Shown one piece after another: positions 52,434-64,000 of a stretch of 64,000 bases of DNA (within the stretch, counting starts at the first letter, position 1; each line of letters starts with the position of its first letter). The translations under genes and the position numbers were made by a program. The notes beneath the pieces are model-generated. The model had not been told where the DNA came from and did not search any database. It worked only from the letters and a program-made list of their open reading frames with translations. The stretch is from assembly GCA_973851085.1 (NCBI GenBank), contig OZ316775.1:15686001-15750000 (forward strand), given 5' to 3'. The DNA is from Ptychomitrium polyphyllum (lineage: Eukaryota).

Positions 52434-55400
52434 ATTATGGAATTAAATTGGATTTTATAAAATCAAAGTTTAGTTTTTTTGGATATTCAAAAGTAAATGA
52501 AATAAGTTGGGTACTACTACAACATAATTATGTCTATTTTTATTCTCAAAATATGTAGACGAAAATTTAGCTCTTTATATGGGTGTTTAAACAAAGTTGT
52601 TTATACAAAAAAAAAACTAAAAAATAGGAAACTTCAAATCAATAAAGAATAAAAAAAAATCCACAAGATCATCAAGCAATTAAAAATGCTTGTATATTTT
52701 CCTAAAAATCAATCAATTGACATATAAATTCCATCGAGGTTAATGGTTGCATACATTTAAATGGCTTAATGCAAGTTGTGCAAATGTTAGGGAAATATTG
52801 ATAATTTAAATTTGATTTTTTTCCTTTACACTTCACCTCTAAGTTATGTATTATTACAACAACATTCTATAATACTTTCATAAGTGATAAACACAAAAAG
52901 AATCTAAATTGTACACTACTTTTTATAAAACTTGGAACATACCAAAAACATCCTTGTATGCTCCCTCTTGCATCTTTGTATGTTTCTTCTTGCAATTTTG
53001 CATATTATTTTTCTTTTCTATAAGTGACTTTATAATGGTCTTTAAAAATATTGTCTAATTTGATAAAATCCATCTACCAAAAGATACCACATGCAATAGT
53101 CATATGTCTTTTTATTAAGACTTTGGCATAAAAAACAACATTGCAAAGGAAATTGACCATCAAAAATTAATAATCTAATGCATTGATATCATTAAATGAT
53201 TTCCAAGCCTTATAAAAGCATTATAAATTTCATATTTTGAATAGTAATATATTCCGTGATCTAACTTTTATTGTCATCTTTGTCTTCATATTGTCTTTAC
53301 CATTTTATAAGGTAGCTTGTCAAAGTTGAGTGAGTACAATCAACCAATCAAAACATTCTTAAAAACTATGACTTTGTTTACTCATATGTGCTTCAAAATA
53401 TTTATAATTGTAGACTTATTTAAGTGTTTTTTTTCAAAAATGCGATGGATAGAATTCCAAAGCCTTGAAAGACAAAATTGTAGTGGTTTTTTCAATGCAC
53501 ACATATCCATTAATTATATCTATAGCAACTTCATTTCCAAACATCTTCATAGTTGCTTTGATTTTTTGAAGGCAATTAATTCTTGGACTTTCAAGCCTAT
53601 CAACCTTTTCCTTGGAATAGAAATTATAACAAATATGTACATTGTGGATATTATAAAATAAATCTTAAAGAATGTAAAATCTCCTTTGGAATATGAAAGG
53701 ATATATTGCTTTAAAGAAAGTGATTGTTTTAAATCTTCTAATGCATTTAGACAAAATCTCAACCAATGTTGACGTGACACCTTCACCATGATCTTCTATG
53801 TGGGCATATCTCCTAATGCATCCTATTACGTAGTAGAGCATGCATGGAAATAAGAAGTTTCAAACTCCATTACATTTTTTTATTATTCAACCCCTAAGAG
53901 TCTTCAAACAAAACTTTGTGTGCCATTATAACTAATGCAATTTACAAATAATTCATTTACCATCTCCAACTAGAGATTATATAGTGTGGATGAAGTTGCT
54001 ATAATGCAAGCTAAGCCAAAGGCTACCATAATCCAAAGTTTTAGAAATGATTAGTATAAGTAGTGGAAATGTTCTAAATACTATAAATTATAAATTAAAT
54101 TAAGAATTTACTTTATTTGGACCAATATAATTTTGCAAATCTTTATAGATACAAATTAGTGTAAAATAACACATTGATTATTATGAATTACAAAATCAAC
54201 CATATGAATAATTGATTTAAATTTTGTATTTAATTATTATAATAGGTCATTTATTAAATTAAACTATACCTATTTTAGGATTTTTTAATTAAATATTAAT
54301 TCCTAAACATTCAAATGGACATTTTATAATATATATTGTTATAATATGCTATCTAAAATGCTTAAATCAATTATATTTAAAACTAAACAAATTTATTGTA
54401 ATGGAAAAATAAAATAATTATAAAGCATAATTTGAATTATATTTATTCAAATGAAATTTCATCTGAATGAACCTTTCAAAGTGGAATTTTTTATTAATGT
54501 CATAATATTGTAAAATCTACATTTTCAAAAAATAATGACATATTATGGCATTTATTCTTTCATATTATTTTCCAAATCATAACATCTTATTTTAGCCATT
54601 AATATTAACTTTATTTAAGTTTATTTTATAATTTTGATGAATATTTGAAGTTCGAATTAAAATTTAAAAACCTGTAAAATTATTAAATTGTTTTTTATTA
54701 GAATATACTTCGAAATTCCCAATTCTATTGCAATTAATTTTAAATATTGAAAAGTAAAATTTGTGGCCACATTCAGTCGTAGGATATGAATTAAACTAGT
54801 ATGAAAGTGTACAGTTTACTTTCAAGAAGACATCTTAATCCTATTTTATAAGACTAGTTTGATTTGATTCCATAAGAAACATTTTTTTGCACTATGCAAA
54901 ATTGAGGTTTTAACCATCTAAAATAAGATTACATTAGCAACTTGTATACAAAATTTTAGATGCAATAGAAGGATGTAGCAAATTGTTTCCAAACTTTTGA
55001 ACCTACTCAGAAAGTAGAATAAAATTCCTATTGATAGCATAACTTTTTTGTTCTATGTTTAATGAGAGATACTTTATGTCTCTAGAAACTCAAATACATT
55101 TCCACAACTTCATTTTTTTGAAAAATTTGCTTAAAATTGGAATTATCAAAGTTTAATTGAAATTCCAAAAACCACTTTTAAAGAAGTTATTTAAAAAAAA
55201 AGTTAAATGATAGTATAAAACATTTTTAAACTCACTGTGTGTGGGCAATTTGTAACATTATGCCTTTTGCTCTTATCTTTGGCTGATTGTCATCAAATTT
55301 GGAAAGATGACATATTATAACACATTTAAGTTTTGGTGTGTAAATTTGTAGCACTTAAGTATGAATAAAAGTATTTCTTTTTTATGTGTTTAAGTTTCAT

Positions 55401-57419
55401 TAAAATCATTATAGAATAACATTACTATAAATAAGTTCATATACTATAGCTTTCATGAGTTTTTCAAATTTAACATTTTTAATAGTCAGATAGGTTAAGA
55501 AATTAGATTAACTTATAAAAAATCAAGTTATTTAAATTTTAAAAACATCTTTGTTTTATATGTGTTATAAATAAATGTAAAAGATGAAATTTAAACCAAT
55601 TAATCTTATAATAGATTTATTGTGTATCATATGGATAAAATTTGGACTCATGTAACTACAAAAATTTGAAAAATTGTAGTGGTTTAAAATAATAAAAGGT
55701 TCTAAAATTTTTCCAGCTATGTGTTGAAGTTGGAATTTTATCACTAGATTGATTTTAGTAATACTAATTATAATAACAAAAATATTTCATTTTATTTTTA
55801 AAAAATATTATAATAGGTTTTTTTTAATTAAAAATGATTGATATTTTTCAAAGTAATTCATTTGTCAAATGTTATATAGCAAAAAGTATTGAAAATTAAA
55901 ATTACTCAAATTCTTTACAAATATTTACACCACCTTTAATAAATACAAATATTTATTTTAGAAACTAAACTTGGTTTAGAATTCAATCCTATAAATTACA
56001 TTAAAATCAAACATTGGATGAATGAAAAACAATTCTTTGATATTTCAATTTCGAAAATACAACATTTGTAAAATTTAGCCTTTAAAGATTAAAAAAACAA
56101 TTAATTTTTATGATTTGATGCATAACATCAATTTCTTATATATATATTATGTATGTTATATGAGTATATATGTAATAAATGAAACCAAATTTTTGATTCA
56201 TCAATTATAATAGCTCAAATAAAATTGATTGCAAATAAACAAAATAGAAAATTTGATAACATATAAAATATAAATGTACAATATTTCAAGAATCATACTA
56301 ATGTATATGTAGCATGCATCAAATTGGATGGTTAAATGGAGTTGGTATCTAATAAAAACAAATTATAGCTACATTCTACCATTCTACATTCTAAATTATA
56401 TTTTATGTTCCACTTAAATATAAAATGTATTTATGCATGAGTAGAATAAGTTTTAAAATAATTAAATGGACTAATTAAATTTTTAATCAAATAAAAATAA
56501 AAATACTTATACAAATCAATACATATATATGTCAAGGCTTTTATTTTTAAGCATATTGTGTTCATTGAATGTATTATTTGTGAAATCAACATTAACTTCA
56601 CATAATATAAATGCACGTAAATATATATTATTCATACATCTTGTGTAACTTCTAATGTTATTTGGTGAATTATAATTTCCTCAAGTATTTAAATAACATC
56701 ATAGGAAAATTAATTTCAAAGAGATATAACAAATAAAATATGACTCATGATAAATCTTCCATGAATTCTATAAAATTGTCTCTTTAGCATAGATTATTTG
56801 AAAATACTTATAAAGTGCTTGTGTTGATTTACAACCTTTCAACATTTTCAATAAAACTAATCAAAAGGTTTTTTTATTATTGAACTATTTAATTGTCCAC
56901 TAGCCATTTTTCACTTTCTATTATTAATAATAGAAATTCATTGAAAATATTTATCATATTATATATATTACTTTGTTAACAAATCTATTAAAAACCAGAA
57001 TTAAAGAAGCTAAACTTTTAAGAGTATACCTAAAGATGATCAAACTTTTATAACCATAATTTAAGATGGAATATGTCATCATATTAAGTATCTTAGTTCT
57101 AATTATACACTAGTGCAAAAGAGAGCTTTTTTTTAATGAATACTCTTCATTTGATTGATTTATAACTATTGATTTATATGATTCTTCACTTCATTTGAAA
57201 TTTAAGTAATAAAATGATAAAAATTGGACACCTCCATCTGAAAAGAATTTTTAATGTAGCTTGTAAATTATTGTATATCTTCAAAATATACAAGAACTTT
57301 TTAATGTAGCTTCTAAATTATTGTCAACTATTTTTTTTAATCTATTTGCTCAAAAACTATCATATAGTTCTTGTTATCTTTGTATTATTATGATACTTTT
57401 CCATTTGATTTTTAATTTA

Positions 57420-57497
57420 TTTGTTGTTGTTGGTATTTTGTTGTTGATATTGTTGTTGTTGGTGTTGATGTTGGTATTGGTATTATTATTGTTGTTA
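57420..57497. repeat. Degenerate (TTG)n trinucleotide tract
   Basis: ttgttgttgttggtattttgttgttgatattgttgttgttggtgttgatg... Confidence 0.7.
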
Positions 57498-60400
57498 CCT
57501 TTATTGTCATGTCGAAAAGATAATAATAATGTAAAACTATTTCTTTGTATTTTTTATCCTTCACAACTTTTCTTGCTTATTATTTTAAGATTTTTATAAT
57601 TTTATGATAAATTCACATAGACTTGCTTGTAGCTTCATTTCAAGCCTTAAGTATTTGAAAAGATTCTTTCATTGTCTTATTGGTTATTATTCTTAAAAAA
57701 TTTCTTTTCAAAATTTCAATAGTCTTGAAATGTAATTCAATTAATATCGTCCTTTAATTGCTATGTTGCATTGTAAAAACTCATTTCTTATTATTTTGAT
57801 GTCTTTTTATTATCATGTAGCTTCAAATTTAACAAGATTTTTATAGATTTTTATAAATGAATTGAAGTATTAAAAAACAAATTAATTAAAGGGTTAACCT
57901 CAAATAAAAAATAAACTACTTAGTTTCAATTACAATAAAACATGAATTTAAAATTTGAGCCAAATGCCTTATTATACTACTTTAAAGATTTTATTTAGAA
58001 AACATTTGAAAGTTCTATTTGAATTTAATCAGTAGGAACATTTGTTTTTAATAAATTTGCTCTTAAATTATTTAGGCATTAATATAAAAAATTAAATGTT
58101 AATTTTTTTTTAAAATTAAGTATTCTTAAAATATTTTAGCTACATCAAGAAATAAATAATGTTGCAAAGTAATTTCAAAAAAATAACAAAAATATAGAAT
58201 ATCAAAAGTATACTTAGAGAAGTTAATGAATGTATGAATCATTTACACACTATCTATTAATTCAATAAATTAAGCACAAATATGAATATATTAGTTCTTA
58301 ATAATTTACATAGTTTTTATCTTAAAGTTCATAAATTTTTGGAGCTTTTTGTGAAGCTAAGTGGCTTTTATTCCTTACATTTAAAAAAATGTCCTTTCTT
58401 CCCTTGTTAGTTTTTAAATTTAAAATAAAATTACTTCATTATATAGTACCAAAGAAACTAAAGTAATTGTTTAGTTAATAGTAAAATTTAATAACCTTAA
58501 CTTAGGGAAAATAAATTGGAAACATATATTAAATTCTTTCCAAAAACCACTTCTTTCTACAAATGGTGCTCTTAGGTTTAAAAGGCTTGTTTAATGTATT
58601 CAAATATCACACACTTATATATAAAGATGTATTGAACACAACCATGATTGCAAAACAATAACGCAAAATAACATCAGTTTAAACACAGTTCTTGTGAAAA
58701 TGTCACATGCTACTTAAAAATATTATAAGTAATATTTTCACATTATTAATATTGATATACTTAGATGACCATCAAAAGCTTGAATTCATGAGTAATGGAA
58801 TGCTACAAATTTTATATGTATATGGTGAGAATTTAAAGTTTTCATCAATAGTTTTAGTTCAAAATTTCCAACAGAATTAAGTTGATTTTCAAAAAAAATG
58901 TTACATGAAAATCTGATGCTTTTATAAATATTATGTTTCTAACAAATTTAGCTTGGTTTGAATAAGTTCAAAAAACGATTTTTGAAAGTAACAATTTTTT
59001 TGATATAAATTATATTTCTTTTTATAATTTTATTTGAAAAATGGTACTAAATTATATATAAATTTTTTGAAGCATCACATATTTTTATCTTCATTTCTTC
59101 AATTTCACACAATGAAGTAAAGATGGATGCAGTTATTTTTATTAATGAAAGAAGACCTAATAAAGGCTCATTGACTTAAGAATAAAAAAGATTAATAATG
59201 ATTTTTAGATTGTACTTATTTTTAAAATAGAGTAGATTGAAAATAAAAAGTTTGTTTGAATTTATAGGTTTTACTTCTTCAAGAAGTATCATGGGGATTA
59301 ACCACCACCTTTCTATCCAACTTTGATTTTAAAGGTACCTCATGTTTGGCATAAATATGCTATTAACCGGTAGTGGTTATTATAAATATTTCAATTCTTA
59401 TGCATATTTAAACACCTCTACCACATCTTTATCAAATTTTAAAAGCTTTTAATTTGTATCTATTGCTATAGAAGAAGAACTCTTTTCAGTACTAAAATTT
59501 TTGTAGACAAAAATATGAAAATAATCAAAATTGATTTTATAATATTAAAAGTTGTATGATGGATACTAACATGCTTTTGGATATAAAACGATATGCAATT
59601 ACTAAGCATATTCAATGGTGAGATTTCCAAGTCCTTTTATATGTGAAAAGAATTCAAATCTAAATGTATTACACCTTCATTATTTATACTATTGGCAATG
59701 CCAATTTTCAAAAGTTTTGCTTTGTTGTTTAAGTGTTAAACGGTACATACAAGTTCGCAAGGCAGTTCACATGGGATCGTGCTTCCATCTTGTAGGGCCC
59801 CCCATTTGTCTCCACTAACATGATAAGAAATCAGCACGAGATCAGTGTATGCCCTCAAGCGTGGGTGTGGCACCGGAAGGGCGAATGAGGACCAACGTTC
59901 CGCCTTTTTATATATCTCAAATTACGGTTTTTCCTCTTGCCTTGAAAGGGGAACCCACGGCATTGCCCTGCCCTGCCCTATCAGACATAAAGCAACTGCG
60001 GGCAGCCCCCTCGCCTGCCCGGGCACAGCAAGAGAGCGGCGCATAGGTCGACGCCTGGATGCCATCACAATGTCCGAATGGATGGATGAAAGGGGGGCCG
60101 GGGCAGGGCAGTTGGGGCAGGGCATAGAGAGACAGCCCCCAATGCTGCTGCTGGGTCGCACCCCACCTCACCTCGTGGCCCCAGGACCACAGCCTCCATC
60201 GATGAGCGCATCCTGGCGAGAGGGGAGGCGTTGATGCCAGCGCTTGAATGTAAGTGAGCGAGTGTTCTCTAGGCACCCAGAGAAACACTAAGTTAGTCTG
60301 GGGGCAGGCAGGCAGGCTTCAGAAGCTAGAGTAGTAGTAGTAGTCGTAGTATAGTAGTGCTCCACAGACATCGTCTTGCACGACTGAACGATCCTTCCAC

Positions 60401-60768
60401 CAGACCATACCATCGTCTCTCTCTCTCTAGCTTACCACCACTGGGCACTGCCAGCCATCAGTCGTCGCTCTTCATCAACATGATCGTCACTAGTCCTACC
60501 ACTACCATCACCATCCCCAAGCTGGGCCAACAATAGTGCTGCTTGCCTACCAATAAGCTCAAGCTCACCCACTCTTCTCTCCTTCTCTTCTGCATCTTCC
60601 TCGAGCTTGCTGTGCAGGCTGTGGTGGCAAAGGTGGGAGTTTTGGTTGATCGTTCTCGTGGGATAGAGTGAGAGAGTGGTGAGAGTGGGAGAGGGAGAGG
60701 GCGAGGGAGGGAGAGTGGGAGTGAGGGAGAGGGGGTGGGCATCACGCCATCCCGGGCGGGCATGCTAG

Positions 60769-63700
60769 ATGGAATACTATGCGCCAGCCAAAGGGGCGCC
60801 CTCCTCCTTTGCAGGTCTTGAAGCATCGGCAAACGCGTCCGACATCGCATCTGGGGGTGGGGTCCCGCTCTACGATGACTGGCAGCGGGCGAGCACGCAC
60901 AACAGCGCCAAGCATACGCAGCCCACAGTCGCATCGCAGCGCTCGCCACCGGGTGCCGGCTCCAGCATCGGCGTGCTGGACGCGGCGGGCGGCTCCACTG
61001 CATCCGAAGGTAGTGATTTGGTGGGGGTGGCTTGCGATTGGGAGGGTGGTGTGGGCAAGTGAGAGTAGAGTAGGGAGTGAAGCTGAGAGGTGAGAGTGTG
61101 GCGAGTGGGAGCTTCGGTGTGCAAAATTCGCCACCGTGGCCCGATCTGGGTGCCAGTTGCGGAGCGCATTGGGATCTGAGACCATGGTAGAGGGAAATTC
61201 CCATCCGGAGCCGTTCCGATTGTGCACGTGAGAGCTCAATCTAAGCTCATCGGAGTAGGGATGCTTCAGATTTGGTCGGAAAGCGTCGGCTAATCCTCAC
61301 GGAATTCTGAAGCGGTCGAGAGTGCTAGCCTTGGTCGATGAGAAAATGTCCGTGGTTGGATCTCGTACTCCGATGCAGATGCCAGGATTAGGGGAGTGAG
61401 CTTCAGGTCGACGACAGCTTACCCATTCCATATCCATGGCTGGCTGGAGAACCAGCGCCGCGCAATCTCACTCAGTACTACTGCCCAAAGCTCTCTCCTG
61501 GGCTCAAAATGTCTGCTGTGCGGAGGATTTGCCCCCTTGCGTGTCTCGTAGTGTAGGTTAGTTGGGCTGCCAGGGAGGATGTTGCCATTGTGGGAATCGG
61601 TGGACTGACGATTGTTGCATCTGTTGGTCTGTGTTGGTGGCATGGACGGTGCAGAGGCAGTGTGGCCGATGGCGATGCAGGGGCAAGATGGCATGGACGG
61701 AGCCCAGGGGCCGTACCCGGAACGGCCAGGCGAGCCTGATTGCGTGTACTACATGCGCACAGGATTGTGCGGGTTCGGGATGACTTGCCGGTTCAATCAT
61801 CCTCCAAATCGCAAACTGGTGCGACTTCTGACAGTGCATGCGTGTTCAGTAGGTAGTAAGGTTAATCGAAGTAGGAGATGCCGTTTCTCGTGCTCGATGT
61901 CTAGTGTTGGCATTGCGAGGGCAGGCTTGTGTAACGGCCTACCGATGCAAAAAGAACGAGGCGGAAACCTAATTGTTTGGAGCGCATTGTTGATTGCAAT
62001 TGGGATGTTAGCCTTGTTAGTAATGTAGCACTGGTCGTTGTGCAGGCAGCCGCTGTGGCCCGGGGGAAGGGCGAGTACCCGGAGAGACTGGGACAGCCAG
62101 AGTGCCAGGTGATTACAGTGTGTGGTTGGTGATCGTTTGCTAGGAATTTCAAACTCTGGATTAGGATGTCCATGTGCTTTTTACATGCCTCGTCCTTGGA
62201 TATCGTATTACTATTTTTTTATCATCGTAGAGGCTATACGTTACTAGAAATTGAGCTACACGATTGTGAAATTGGGTCTGCAACTACAATTGATCGACTT
62301 ATGAAGTCCTAATGCTAGAATATGGCTTGCGCATATCCTTCGTACAAATACATGTTGCGTCTGGGGTGTCTTTTGTGGTCTGTGACAGCAGTCCTGTATA
62401 TAGGTCACGGGAATTCGCTCAGTGCAATCTGAGTATGTACTAGGATGTTCATGAACTTTGCATATATGTGTGCTGTTTGTTGGTTGTCTCGGGGACATAC
62501 ATATTCTACAATTTGTTGACATGGCTGTAAAATCTTAGAATCAACTAAAACCGATCAAATTGCACAATCGCTAATACTTTCAATGCTAGAACGGATTCAC
62601 TGACTACTGTTAATACACTGAGAAATGGCTGTGAGCGGTGCTGGGCACGCGCCCTTGGCGGTGATATGGTCAATAACAGCGGTGTTCGGGGCGCTTGGTG
62701 TGTGTGTTTTCAGTACTATTTGAAGACTGGTACGTGCAAATTTGGAGCTACGTGCAAATACCATCACCCGAGAGAGAAAGCTGGATCAACGGGGCGTGTA
62801 CATTTGAATGTGTTAGGTCTTCCATTGAGACAGGTTGGTAGGCGTGCATTGTTGGAGTCTGAGCACGAGCTTGGTCTATCGTGCATCTGATTGTCAGTCT
62901 GCCGTCTTGTCGCCCTTCGTTTCGGTATCTGTGAATCGTGAGTGTTGTGTGTAAGCATTGTGGCGTCTTGTGTAGGGTCGAAGTCGTGTGTGGTCTGTGG
63001 GGAGGCGATAGACGGAGCATTGTTGGAATGGTGGGGAATGGGAGGAGGGCAGGGGTGTACTAAGAGGTAGCGTGGTGGTACAATGTACTGTAGGGGGAGA
63101 AGGAGTGTGCGTATTACATGCGGACGGGGTCGTGCAAGTATGGAGTAACCTGTAAATTTCATCATCCACAGCCTACGGCGGTCGGGGCTCTGGTGTCGTT
63201 GCCGCAGTACGGGAGTGGCGGGGGAGGGCCATCGTCTGCAGCGGGTCAGGCTCAGGCTTATCCAGCGGGAGTACCTCAATGGCCGATTGCGAGGTCGCCG
63301 TATCTGCATCCTCGATTACAAGGGCCTTCGAGTTACGGTCCGGTGATGCCACTGCCGCAGGGGATCATGTCGATGCCCGGATGGAACACATACCAAGTAA
63401 GTGGTGCGAGTGGGGGATGGAGTTGCGAGTGAATGGCGTGTACGAATGTTGTGTCGGGGCAAGAGTAGTGTGCAGTGGAGAGTTGCACGGGCTACTTGCA
63501 TTCGGCCGGAGGCCCTGAGACGTGGAGTTTTTCTGGCGATCCCTGGTTTGTCCTGCATCGATTTGGAGAGCAGTACACTGGCCCCGTTGGAGCTGATAGC
63601 GGTGTTGGTAGAGTCGGAGTCTTGACGGTCGAGTGACGTGTATTCTGATTAGGCCTGATTCCCGTGGTTTGCAACACTGGAGAGGTGTGAGTTGGTGCAG

Positions 63701-64000
63701 CACACGTGACGTGACTTGCTAAACGAGTGATAGTGTTGCTGGAAGCCTTGAAGCGATTATTTAGAGTTTGTGGCACCGAGCGTGGCCAGGATCGCCTTGG
63801 TAGTCGGCAGTTGGAGTTGCAAGGTCTGCCTGAATCGTGACCGGGTGTTGGGTGCCGTGTGGTTGCAGCAGGGACCGGTCGGGCCGCCAGAAGGGCAGCA
63901 GCATGGGGGGTACGTGTACGGAGGGTCGGCGCAGGGAGAGCAGATGTCGAGCTATGCCCCGTACATGCAGGGGTCGTCGGCGATGGGAGTGCCGGCCCAC
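60769..64000 (+). CDS. Tandem CCCH zinc-finger RNA-binding protein, ZFN/HUA1-like (3' partial)
   Basis: Exons 60769-61009, 61655-61818, 62046-62108, 62714-62833, 63094-63396, 63869/63872->64000, GT-AG and phase-compatible. Three C-x8-C-x5-C-x3-H fingers with lead-ins [20 protein letters not shown] and LPLRQGEKEC. Exon 1 rests on frame and splice fit rather than on a motif. Confidence 0.93.

Noticed and set aside
52900..54050. Helitron helicase remnant on the minus strand
   Set aside because: Only a vague ATSS-like match; no other Rep/Hel motifs or convincing CTAG/hairpin terminus.
60458..61204. 248-aa and 165-aa minus-strand ORFs
   Set aside because: Low-complexity antisense frames over the GC-rich leader and exon 1 of the CCCH gene.

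Overview
Eukaryotic plant genomic DNA, most likely a moss/bryophyte (inferred from intron style, GC-rich gene islands and very AT-rich decayed intergenic DNA; not provable from sequence alone). Left to right: a 9-exon RPL5 (uL18) gene whose third intron looks like a U12 (minor-spliceosome) GT-AG intron; an intact class III peroxidase and a tandem peroxidase pseudogene (both minus strand); an 8-exon RNase H2 subunit A gene; then about 44 kb with no recognisable host gene. That stretch holds an unexplained GC-rich island (20.8-24.3 kb), a decayed LINE 3' end, small CG/CHG-retaining islands and a full-length Ty3/Gypsy chromovirus (44671-52433; 1146-bp LTRs, ATTAT TSD, tRNA-iMet PBS). The window ends in the 5' part of a ZFN/HUA1-like tandem CCCH zinc-finger gene. 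The most notable observations concern the retroelement. Its LTRs are almost identical while its gag-pol carries many C>T/G>A lesions. It also has a long, densely hairpinned 3' region bracketed by two copies of a hairpin+polypurine-tract module. I found no convincing novel multi-gene system. All alignments and pairings were done by eye.
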